Source: Mycobacterium tuberculosis H37Rv (GTDB taxonomy: Bacteria; Actinomycetota; Actinomycetes; Mycobacteriales; Mycobacteriaceae). Taken from it: 32,000 bases of DNA. Below, in pieces: positions 25,562-32,000 of this stretch; the stretch's first letter is position 1, and each line of letters opens with the position of its first letter. A program made the translations under genes and the position numbers. A model generated the notes under the pieces. The model saw only the letters and a program-made list of their open reading frames with translations, did not search any database and was not told the origin of the DNA. The DNA is taken from contig NC_000962.3 of the NCBI RefSeq assembly GCF_000195955.2, positions 600,001 through 632,000 on the forward strand, written 5' to 3'.

Positions 25562-26440
25562 TTAGCTCAACTGACCAAACGCCAATGCCCCCGCCACCGC
25601 CAACGCCCACACCAGCATGGCCAGCCCAGTGTCACGCAGTACCGGGATCAGCTCGCGCCCGCCGCGCCCGGATCGCACCGGTCCGGCAGCGCGCAGCGCC
25701 AAAGGCGCGGCCACCAAGCCCACCACACACCACGGCGTGGCCAGCATTAGCACGAACGTCAGCACCCCGGCGACCGCCAGCAGGCCCTGGTAAAGCATCC
25801 GGGTCCGGGCGTCTCCCAGCCGCACCGCCAGCGTGATCTTGTCGGCCCGCGCGTCGGTGGGGATGTCGCGCAGGTTGTTGGCCACCAGCACCGAGCACGA
25901 CAACGCACCCGTTGCTACCGCCTGTGCCAGCCCCACCCAGTCCACCCGCAATGCCTGCGTGTACTGGGTACCGAGCACGGCGACCGGCCCGAAGAACACA
26001 AACACCGCCAGTTCGCCGAAGCCCGCATAGCCGTAGGGTTTTGACCCGCCGGTGTAGAGCCAGGCCCCGGCGATGCAGATCGCACCCACCGCAATCAGCC
26101 ACGGCGCGCTGAGCAGCGCCAAAACCAGCCCGGCCAGCGCACCGAGCGCCAGGCTCGTCATGGCAGCGGTCAGCACCGAGCGCGGGGTCGCCAGCCGCGA
26201 GCCCACCAACCGCACCGGACCCACCCTGTCGTCATCGGTGCCGCGGATGCCGTCGGAGTAGTCATTGGCGTAATTGACCCCAATGACCAGCGCCACCGCA
26301 ACAGCCAGTGCCAACAGCGCTTTCCACCACACGGCCGCGTGCAGCCAGGCCGCGGCGCCGGTGCCGGCAACCACTGGCGCGATCGCGTTCGGCAGCGTTC
26401 GGGGCCGCGCGCCGGAGACCCACTGTGCGAAACTGGCCAC
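25562..26440 (-). CDS. menA: 1,4-dihydroxy-2-naphthoate polyprenyltransferase (UbiA family)
   Basis: ORF 25562-26476. I place the start at GTG 26440 ([17 protein letters not shown], 292 aa). It has the Asp-rich motif NYANDYSDG and a second motif, [14 protein letters not shown]. It is polytopic. Confidence 0.88.
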
Positions 26441-26441
26441 C

Positions 26442-26456
26442 AGGGCATCCTGCCCT
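26442..26456. promoter_or_regulatory. Inverted repeat AGGGCA-tcc-TGCCCT filling the 16-nt gap between the divergent menA and pnp start codons
   Basis: Read directly from the sequence: 6-bp perfect arms with a 3-nt spacer. Such repeats are not statistically rare in 32 kb (about 8 expected for a fixed spacing). Only the placement is notable. Confidence 0.2.
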
Positions 26457-27251
26457 ATGCACAACAATGGGCGCATGCTCGGAGTGATCGGCGGCAGCGG
26501 CTTCTACACCTTCTTTGGGTCGGACACCCGCACAGTCAATTCGGACACCCCCTACGGTCAACCCAGCGCCCCGATCACGATCGGCACCATCGGGGTGCAC
26601 GACGTCGCGTTCTTGCCCCGCCACGGCGCCCATCACCAGTACTCGGCGCACGCCGTGCCGTATCGGGCCAACATGTGGGCGCTGCGCGCGCTTGGTGTGC
26701 GGCGGGTCTTCGGGCCGTGTGCGGTCGGCAGCCTGGACCCTGAACTCGAGCCCGGCGCGGTCGTGGTGCCCGATCAGCTGGTCGACCGCACCAGCGGCCG
26801 CGCCGACACCTATTTCGACTTCGGCGGTGTCCATGCCGCCTTCGCCGATCCGTACTGCCCCACGCTGCGGGCCGCGGTGACCGGCCTGCCCGGTGTTGTC
26901 GACGGCGGCACCATGGTGGTGATCCAGGGTCCGCGGTTTTCCACCCGCGCGGAAAGCCAGTGGTTCGCCGCTGCCGGGTGCAATCTGGTCAACATGACCG
27001 GCTATCCCGAGGCGGTGCTGGCTCGCGAACTCGAATTATGCTACGCAGCAATCGCTTTGGTGACAGATGTGGATGCCGGCGTCGCTGCTGGCGATGGCGT
27101 GAAAGCCGCCGACGTGTTCGCCGCATTCGGGGAGAACATCGAACTGCTCAAAAGGCTGGTGCGGGCCGCCATCGATCGGGTCGCCGACGAGCGCACGTGC
27201 ACGCACTGTCAACACCACGCCGGTGTTCCGTTGCCGTTCGAGCTGCCATGA
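26457..27251 (+). CDS. pnp: 5'-methylthioadenosine phosphorylase (PNP family 2; annotated pnp in M. tuberculosis)
   Basis: It lies within ORF 26274-27251. ATG 26457 gives 264 aa; ATG 26475 is an alternative. Family motifs are [18 protein letters not shown] and [15 protein letters not shown]. Confidence 0.88.
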   Translation: MHNNGRMLGVIGGSGFYTFFGSDTRTVNSDTPYGQPSAPITIGTIGVHDVAFLPRHGAHHQYSAHAVPYRANMWALRALGVRRVFGPCAVGSLDPELEPGAVVVPDQLVDRTSGRADTYFDFGGVHAAFADPYCPTLRAAVTGLPGVVDGGTMVVIQGPRFSTRAESQWFAAAGCNLVNMTGYPEAVLARELELCYAAIALVTDVDAGVAAGDGVKAADVFAAFGENIELLKRLVRAAIDRVADERTCTHCQHHAGVPLPFELP

Positions 27252-28288
27252 GGGTGCTGCTGACCGGCGCGGCCGGCTTCATCGGGTCGCGCGTGGATGC
27301 GGCGTTACGGGCTGCGGGTCACGACGTGGTGGGCGTCGACGCGCTGCTGCCCGCCGCGCACGGGCCAAACCCGGTGCTGCCACCGGGCTGCCAGCGGGTC
27401 GACGTGCGCGACGCCAGCGCGCTGGCCCCGTTGTTGGCCGGTGTCGATCTGGTGTGTCACCAGGCCGCCATGGTGGGTGCCGGCGTCAACGCCGCCGACG
27501 CACCCGCCTATGGCGGCCACAACGATTTCGCCACCACGGTGCTGCTGGCGCAGATGTTCGCCGCCGGGGTCCGCCGTTTGGTGCTGGCGTCGTCGATGGT
27601 GGTTTACGGGCAGGGGCGCTATGACTGTCCCCAGCATGGACCGGTCGACCCGCTGCCGCGGCGGCGAGCCGACCTGGACAATGGGGTCTTCGAGCACCGT
27701 TGCCCGGGGTGCGGCGAGCCAGTCATCTGGCAATTGGTCGACGAGGATGCCCCGTTGCGCCCGCGCAGCCTGTACGCGGCCAGCAAGACCGCGCAGGAGC
27801 ACTACGCGCTGGCGTGGTCGGAAGCGAGTGGCGGTTCGGTGGTGGCGTTGCGCTACCACAACGTCTACGGCCCCGGCATGCCGCGCGACACCCCCTACTC
27901 CGGAGTGGCCGCGATCTTCCGCTCGGCGGTTGAAAAAGGCAAGCCACCAAAGGTTTTCGAAGACGGCGGCCAGATGCGGGACTTCGTGCACGTGGACGAC
28001 GTGGCCGCGGCGAACCTCGCCGCGGTGCATCTGGGTGAAGCGGACCGCGACGGGTTTACCGCGGTCAACGTCTGTTCCGGGCGCCCCATCTCGATCCTTC
28101 AGGTGGCAACCGCGATATGCGACGCCCGCGGTGGCTCGATGTCCCCGGCCATCACCGGGCACTACCGCAGCGGCGACGTGCGCCACATTGTCGCCGATCC
28201 CGCGCGGGCCGCCCGCGTGCTCGGGTTCCGCGCGGCCGTCGATCCAGGCGAAGGACTGCGTGAGTTCGCGTTCGCGCCGCTTCGCTGA
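27248..28288 (+). CDS. galE3: NAD-dependent nucleotide-sugar epimerase/dehydratase (extended SDR; galE3-type)
   Basis: It lies within ORF 26960-28288. ATG 27248 overlaps the pnp stop (ATGA) and gives 346 aa. It has the Rossmann motif LLTGAAGFIGS and the catalytic YAASK (YxxxK). Confidence 0.86.
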   Translation: MRVLLTGAAGFIGSRVDAALRAAGHDVVGVDALLPAAHGPNPVLPPGCQRVDVRDASALAPLLAGVDLVCHQAAMVGAGVNAADAPAYGGHNDFATTVLLAQMFAAGVRRLVLASSMVVYGQGRYDCPQHGPVDPLPRRRADLDNGVFEHRCPGCGEPVIWQLVDEDAPLRPRSLYAASKTAQEHYALAWSEASGGSVVALRYHNVYGPGMPRDTPYSGVAAIFRSAVEKGKPPKVFEDGGQMRDFVHVDDVAAANLAAVHLGEADRDGFTAVNVCSGRPISILQVATAICDARGGSMSPAITGHYRSGDVRHIVADPARAARVLGFRAAVDPGEGLREFAFAPLR

Positions 28289-28297
28289 CCGCTCGAG

Positions 28298-29731
28298 CTA
28301 CGACGAGTGGTCCGGCGGCCGGTAGATCTTCGGCCGCACTGGGTGCGTCGACCCAGCTGACCTGAAAATCCGGGGGGATCCAGCAGGCCGGGACAGCGCC
28401 GGGGTGTGCGGGGGTTGCGGCAGCTGGCGCAGCCTGCCGATGACGATGGCCGCCGCGAGGATGCTGAGCGCCAGGCCGCACAGCACCACATCGAAGGTGC
28501 TGGTGATCTGCTGGGCAAGATCGTTTCCGTAGACGGGGTGAGCCGACCCGCCCGAAGATGCCTGGAATCGCGGAGCCAGGACGACGCCGACGATGACGCG
28601 CGAAACGGTGAATGTGCATAGCAATCCGCACAGCGACGAGATCAGCCTCGCGGGCAGGGCCTCGGTCGCCATGTTGAAGCGAAGCCAGATCGCTAGGACC
28701 GCGGTGGCCAGATCGAACGCAGCCAGCGCCATGCTGTCGTAGCGCGAGAACGGATAATTCAACAGCACCGCGACGACGAGGTCGGTCAACCGCATCGCTA
28801 CCGAGCCCAGGCACCACACGGCGATGAGCAGCAAGCCGTTTCGGGACGCTGCCCGCCACACGGTTTTGTCGATCGGTGGCGCGTTCGGGGACCTGAACAG
28901 GGTCAGCGGCGCACACATTGCCGCGGCCGCGGCCCACACCAGATAACCCTCGTATCCCACGCCGGCCGTCGACGTGTTTTGGGCAATGCCGTGGAACGCG
29001 TCGATCTCGCGGCCGATGGGAAGGCTCCACACGATGGACCCGGCGATCAGGGTGGAGCCACCCAGCGCCACGGTTGAGAGCGCTTCGGCCGCTGTAGGCC
29101 GAAGCAGCCACCGGGACGCGACCAGCACGGCGGCCAGGGCTACCACGCCGTACACCACCGCCGTGTCGATGACCGCGAGGTTCTGTTTGCCAAAACCGGA
29201 CGCGCCGGCCGCGGGCTCCAACGCGTACCTGACCCGCCAGCTCAGGTTGAAACCGGTGCTGAGGGCCGCACCCAACATAGACGCGTAGCCGAGGAACTGG
29301 GTGGCCCGCAGCCACCTGCTGTGGCTGCCCTCATCGGTGGTAGCGCCGGTTAGCGCCGGTTGCGCGCTCAACAGCGCGCCGGTGATCCCCAGCCATCCCC
29401 CCGGCCCGACACCACCGGGCACGTGGACGGTGCCGCCGAGTCGAATCGTCTGGATCGCGTCGAACACCACGAAGGCCAGCACCAGCAGCAGATAGGGGAC
29501 GTTGAGGCCCAGGCGAAGCTGTGAGCGCCTCCCGGCGAAGGTCACGGCAAGCGATGCCAAAGAGAGCGATGTCACCGCCAGCAGCAACCCGAACACGGTC
29601 TTGCTGCTGTCCGGGATTCGGAAACCGAAATACAGGTTCCATGGGAAAAACAGCGCACCGATGAGCAGGGCACCAGCGGCCAAGTCGCGGACGACCTCGC
29701 GTCGTCGGGTGTCGTCGCTGCTCAGGCCCAC
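28298..29731 (-). CDS. Large polytopic integral membrane protein of unknown function (Rv0537c-like)
   Basis: ORF 28298-29731 (477 aa), GTG start with GGGGGG upstream. It has at least 12 hydrophobic segments and a Pro/Arg-rich cytoplasmic tail. I recognise no enzymatic motif. Confidence 0.8.
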   Translation of the reverse strand: MGLSSDDTRRREVVRDLAAGALLIGALFFPWNLYFGFRIPDSSKTVFGLLLAVTSLSLASLAVTFAGRRSQLRLGLNVPYLLLVLAFVVFDAIQTIRLGGTVHVPGGVGPGGWLGITGALLSAQPALTGATTDEGSHSRWLRATQFLGYASMLGAALSTGFNLSWRVRYALEPAAGASGFGKQNLAVIDTAVVYGVVALAAVLVASRWLLRPTAAEALSTVALGGSTLIAGSIVWSLPIGREIDAFHGIAQNTSTAGVGYEGYLVWAAAAAMCAPLTLFRSPNAPPIDKTVWRAASRNGLLLIAVWCLGSVAMRLTDLVVAVLLNYPFSRYDSMALAAFDLATAVLAIWLRFNMATEALPARLISSLCGLLCTFTVSRVIVGVVLAPRFQASSGGSAHPVYGNDLAQQITSTFDVVLCGLALSILAAAIVIGRLRQLPQPPHTPALSRPAGSPRIFRSAGSTHPVRPKIYRPPDHSS

Positions 29732-30039
29732 GATGCCCCCCGGGAATCAAGAACGGTTGGCGCCGAGTCGGTCCTGTGGTGGCGTGGGTGCACCCGGCCG
29801 GGCCGACTGCGTTGCTCGCTTGCGAACATAGTCTCCGTTCCGACGACGCGGCAGTGGCGCAGAACACGCGGTTGGGCGGATCTCGTTTGCCCGGTGACCG
29901 TCCCGCTGTTTGCGAACCCGGTTACGCTGCGGTCATAGGCGAACGCTGTCGCCGAATTACCGATACTGCCGACGGTATCGCAGTGTAACGATGCCGGGAC
30001 ATTGCTGGTTGTGGGGTAGCCAGCCGAAGGAGAGCCGCG

Positions 30040-31686
30040 ATGGACGTCGCTTTGGGGGTTGCGGTCACGGATCGGGTCGCGCGTCTGGCGCTGGTCGACT
30101 CGGCTGCGCCCGGCACCGTGATCGACCAGTTCGTGCTCGATGTGGCCGAGCACCCGGTCGAGGTGTTAACCGAGACCGTGGTGGGCACGGATCGGTCATT
30201 GGCCGGCGAAAACCACCGGCTGGTCGCTACCCGGCTGTGTTGGCCGGATCAGGCCAAAGCTGACGAGCTGCAGCACGCACTGCAGGACTCCGGGGTCCAC
30301 GACGTTGCCGTGATATCCGAGGCGCAGGCCGCCACGGCGCTGGTCGGGGCGGCACATGCCGGCTCTGCCGTGCTGTTGGTGGGTGATGAGACGGCAACCT
30401 TATCGGTGGTTGGTGACCCGGACGCGCCGCCGACGATGGTGGCCGTCGCGCCGGTGGCGGGCGCCGACGCCACATCGACCGTCGATACCCTGATGGCCCG
30501 GCTCGGCGACCAGGCCCTCGCCCCGGGGGATGTCTTCCTGGTGGGTAGGTCCGCCGAGCACACCACGGTTCTTGCCGACCAGCTGCGCGCGGCGTCGACG
30601 ATGCGCGTGCAGACTCCCGACGACCCCACGTTCGCGCTGGCCCGTGGCGCGGCGATGGCGGCCGGCGCCGCTACGATGGCGCACCCGGCCCTGGTCGCGG
30701 ATGCGACCACTTCGCTCCCCCGGGCCGAGGCGGGGCAATCGGGTTCTGAAGGCGAGCAGCTGGCGTACTCGCAGGCCAGCGATTACGAGCTGCTTCCGGT
30801 CGACGAATATGAGGAACACGACGAATACGGGGCAGCCGCGGATCGCTCGGCGCCGTTGAGCCGACGGTCGCTGCTGATCGGCAACGCTGTCGTGGCCTTT
30901 GCGGTGATCGGTTTCGCCTCGCTGGCGGTGGCGGTGGCGGTCACCATCCGACCGACCGCGGCCTCAAAACCGGTAGAGGGACACCAAAACGCCCAGCCAG
31001 GGAAGTTCATGCCGTTGTTGCCGACGCAACAGCAGGCGCCGGTCCCGCCGCCTCCGCCCGATGATCCCACCGCTGGATTCCAGGGCGGCACCATTCCGGC
31101 TGTACAGAACGTGGTGCCGCGGCCGGGTACCTCACCCGGGGTGGGTGGGACGCCGGCTTCGCCTGCGCCGGAAGCGCCGGCCGTGCCCGGTGTTGTGCCT
31201 GCCCCGGTGCCAATCCCGGTCCCGATCATCATTCCCCCGTTCCCGGGTTGGCAGCCTGGAATGCCGACCATCCCCACCGCACCGCCGACGACGCCGGTGA
31301 CCACGTCGGCGACGACGCCGCCGACCACGCCGCCGACCACGCCGGTGACCACGCCGCCAACGACGCCGCCGACCACGCCGGTGACCACGCCGCCAACGAC
31401 GCCGCCGACCACGCCGGTGACCACGCCACCAACGACCGTCGCCCCGACGACCGTCGCCCCGACGACGGTCGCTCCGACCACCGTCGCCCCGACCACGGTC
31501 GCTCCAGCCACCGCCACGCCGACGACCGTCGCTCCGCAGCCGACGCAGCAGCCCACGCAACAACCAACCCAACAGATGCCAACCCAGCAGCAGACCGTGG
31601 CCCCGCAGACGGTGGCGCCGGCTCCGCAGCCGCCGTCCGGTGGCCGCAACGGCAGCGGCGGGGGCGACTTATTCGGCGGGTTCTGA
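30040..31686 (+). CDS. Single-pass membrane protein with a globular N-terminal domain and a Pro/Thr-rich repetitive C-terminal region (Rv0538-like)
   Basis: ORF 30040-31686 (548 aa), with GAAGGAG upstream. The TM helix is LLIGNAVVAFAVIGFASLAVAVAV (about aa 285-310). PTTPPTTPVTT, VAPTT and QPTQ repeats follow. Confidence 0.85.
   Translation: MDVALGVAVTDRVARLALVDSAAPGTVIDQFVLDVAEHPVEVLTETVVGTDRSLAGENHRLVATRLCWPDQAKADELQHALQDSGVHDVAVISEAQAATALVGAAHAGSAVLLVGDETATLSVVGDPDAPPTMVAVAPVAGADATSTVDTLMARLGDQALAPGDVFLVGRSAEHTTVLADQLRAASTMRVQTPDDPTFALARGAAMAAGAATMAHPALVADATTSLPRAEAGQSGSEGEQLAYSQASDYELLPVDEYEEHDEYGAAADRSAPLSRRSLLIGNAVVAFAVIGFASLAVAVAVTIRPTAASKPVEGHQNAQPGKFMPLLPTQQQAPVPPPPPDDPTAGFQGGTIPAVQNVVPRPGTSPGVGGTPASPAPEAPAVPGVVPAPVPIPVPIIIPPFPGWQPGMPTIPTAPPTTPVTTSATTPPTTPPTTPVTTPPTTPPTTPVTTPPTTPPTTPVTTPPTTVAPTTVAPTTVAPTTVAPTTVAPATATPTTVAPQPTQQPTQQPTQQMPTQQQTVAPQTVAPAPQPPSGGRNGSGGGDLFGGF
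31291..31434 (+). repeat. Tandem 36-nt repeat built from ACGCCGNNNACS 12-mers; encodes (TPVTTPPTTPPT)n
   Basis: 31339-31374 and 31375-31410 are identical 36-mers. The next 12 nt repeat again. The flanking 12-mers (31291-31338, 31423-31434) are degenerate copies. Confidence 0.9.
31432..31536 (+). repeat. Tandem 15-nt repeat ACGACCGTCGCCCCG x7 (imperfect); encodes (TTVAP)n
   Basis: Units start at 31432, 31447, 31462, 31477, 31492, 31507 and 31522. The first two are identical and the others differ at 1-6 positions. Confidence 0.88.
31537..31590 (+). repeat. Degenerate 12-nt repeat CAGCCGACGCAG; encodes (QPTQ)n
   Basis: CAGCCGACGCAG, CAGCCCACGCAA and CAACCAACCCAA are followed by CAGATGCCAACCCAGCAGCAG. 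Confidence 0.7.
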
Positions 31687-31718
31687 TCACGGTCGCGGCT
31701 TCACTACGGTCGGAGGAC

Positions 31719-32000
31719 ATGGCCGGTGATGCGGTGACGGTGGTGCTGCCCTGTCTCAACGAGGAGGAGTCACTCCCGGCGGTGCTGGCCGCGATCCCGG
31801 CCGGCTATCGGGCGCTAGTGGTGGACAACAACAGCACCGATGACACCGCGACGGTGGCCGCCCGCCACGGTGCCCAGGTGGTTGTCGAGCCGCGGCCCGG
31901 ATACGGCTCGGCGGTGCATGCCGGTGTGCTCGCCGCGACCACCCCCATCGTAGCGGTCATCGACGCCGACGGCTCGATGGATGCCGGCGACTTGCCCAAG
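31719..32000 (+). CDS. 5' part of a GT2-family polyprenyl(dolichyl)-phosphate sugar synthase (Rv0539-like); truncated by the window edge
   Basis: ATG 31719 has GGAGGA 1 nt upstream. It reads MAGDAVTVVLPCLNEEESLPAVL...VVDNNSTDDT...VIDADGSMD, which is the GT-A N-terminal pattern with a DxD motif. The frame is open to the end of the window. Confidence 0.8.
   Translation, partial: MAGDAVTVVLPCLNEEESLPAVLAAIPAGYRALVVDNNSTDDTATVAARHGAQVVVEPRPGYGSAVHAGVLAATTPIVAVIDADGSMDAGDLPK

Noticed and set aside
24623-25750. 375-aa ORF on the plus strand
   Set aside because: It is antisense to fabH (catalytic triad motifs lie on the minus strand) and runs into menA.
27297-29315. 342-aa plus-frame ORF over galE3, and 293-aa and 387-aa minus-strand ORFs over galE3 and the 477-aa membrane gene
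   Set aside because: These are alternative frames of well-supported genes, with Arg/Pro/Trp-rich composition.
29732-30039. 308-nt divergent intergenic region with a CGATAC-n8-GTATCG inverted repeat and two TTGCGAAC copies
   Set aside because: The elements are short and within chance expectation, and I could not anchor a promoter to them. The region is left unannotated apart from the GAAGGAG ribosome-binding site of the downstream gene.
30783-31649. 288-aa Gly/Val-rich ORF on the minus strand (and 31132-31572, 31229-31759)
   Set aside because: It is antisense to the Pro/Thr repeat region and is a repeat-driven open frame with no start context.
1-32000. Search by eye for tRNA, rRNA, CRISPR arrays, IS terminal inverted repeats and riboswitch-like leaders
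   Set aside because: Nothing convincing was seen. The only regular repeats are coding (the PGRS and Pro/Thr blocks), and all long gaps are under 310 nt. A covariance-model scan (tRNAscan-SE, Infernal/Rfam) would be needed to exclude small RNAs.

Overview
This is a high-GC actinobacterial chromosome segment. Gene content and order match, from memory, the Mycobacterium tuberculosis complex region from the 3' end of mmpL2 (Rv0507) to the 5' end of Rv0539; no database search was run. Core content, left to right: a glutaredoxin-like gene and the heme operon hemA-hemC-hemD(cysG-like fusion)-hemB with two small membrane genes. Next comes an accessory patch: a REP13E12 repeat with a DUF222/HNH gene, a STAS anti-sigma antagonist, a membrane acyltransferase, an SGNH hydrolase, a Tat-signal esterase, a multiply frameshifted methyltransferase relic, gabP and a DUF385-like gene. 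This is followed by a tightly coupled chain hemL - histidine phosphatase - ResA-like lipoprotein - ccdA - resB - ccsA (System II cytochrome c maturation). The window ends with a ParA/MinD-like ATPase with small membrane ORFs, PE_PGRS6, fabH, menA, an MTA phosphorylase (pnp) coupled to galE3, a large polytopic membrane protein, a Pro/Thr-repeat membrane protein, and the start of a GT2 polyprenyl-phosphate sugar synthase. I saw no rRNA, tRNA, CRISPR array or intact IS element. Most long ORFs on the opposite strand or in alternative frames are GC-driven artefacts. Observations worth a second look: a frame break in the PE_PGRS6 3' end whose read-through tail overlaps fabH antisense; a methyltransferase relic spread over up to four reading frames; conserved gabP N-terminal sequence lying upstream of any usable start codon; and two unlisted small membrane ORFs with strong Shine-Dalgarno (SD) sites. 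Also notable are a Cys/His zinc-ribbon-like insertion in galE3, an insertion in the predicted HemL active-site lid, nested in-frame tandem repeats in the Pro/Thr-rich protein next to sugar-activating enzymes, and a likely leaderless promoter. I found no clearly new multi-gene system; the best candidates are flagged as hypotheses.
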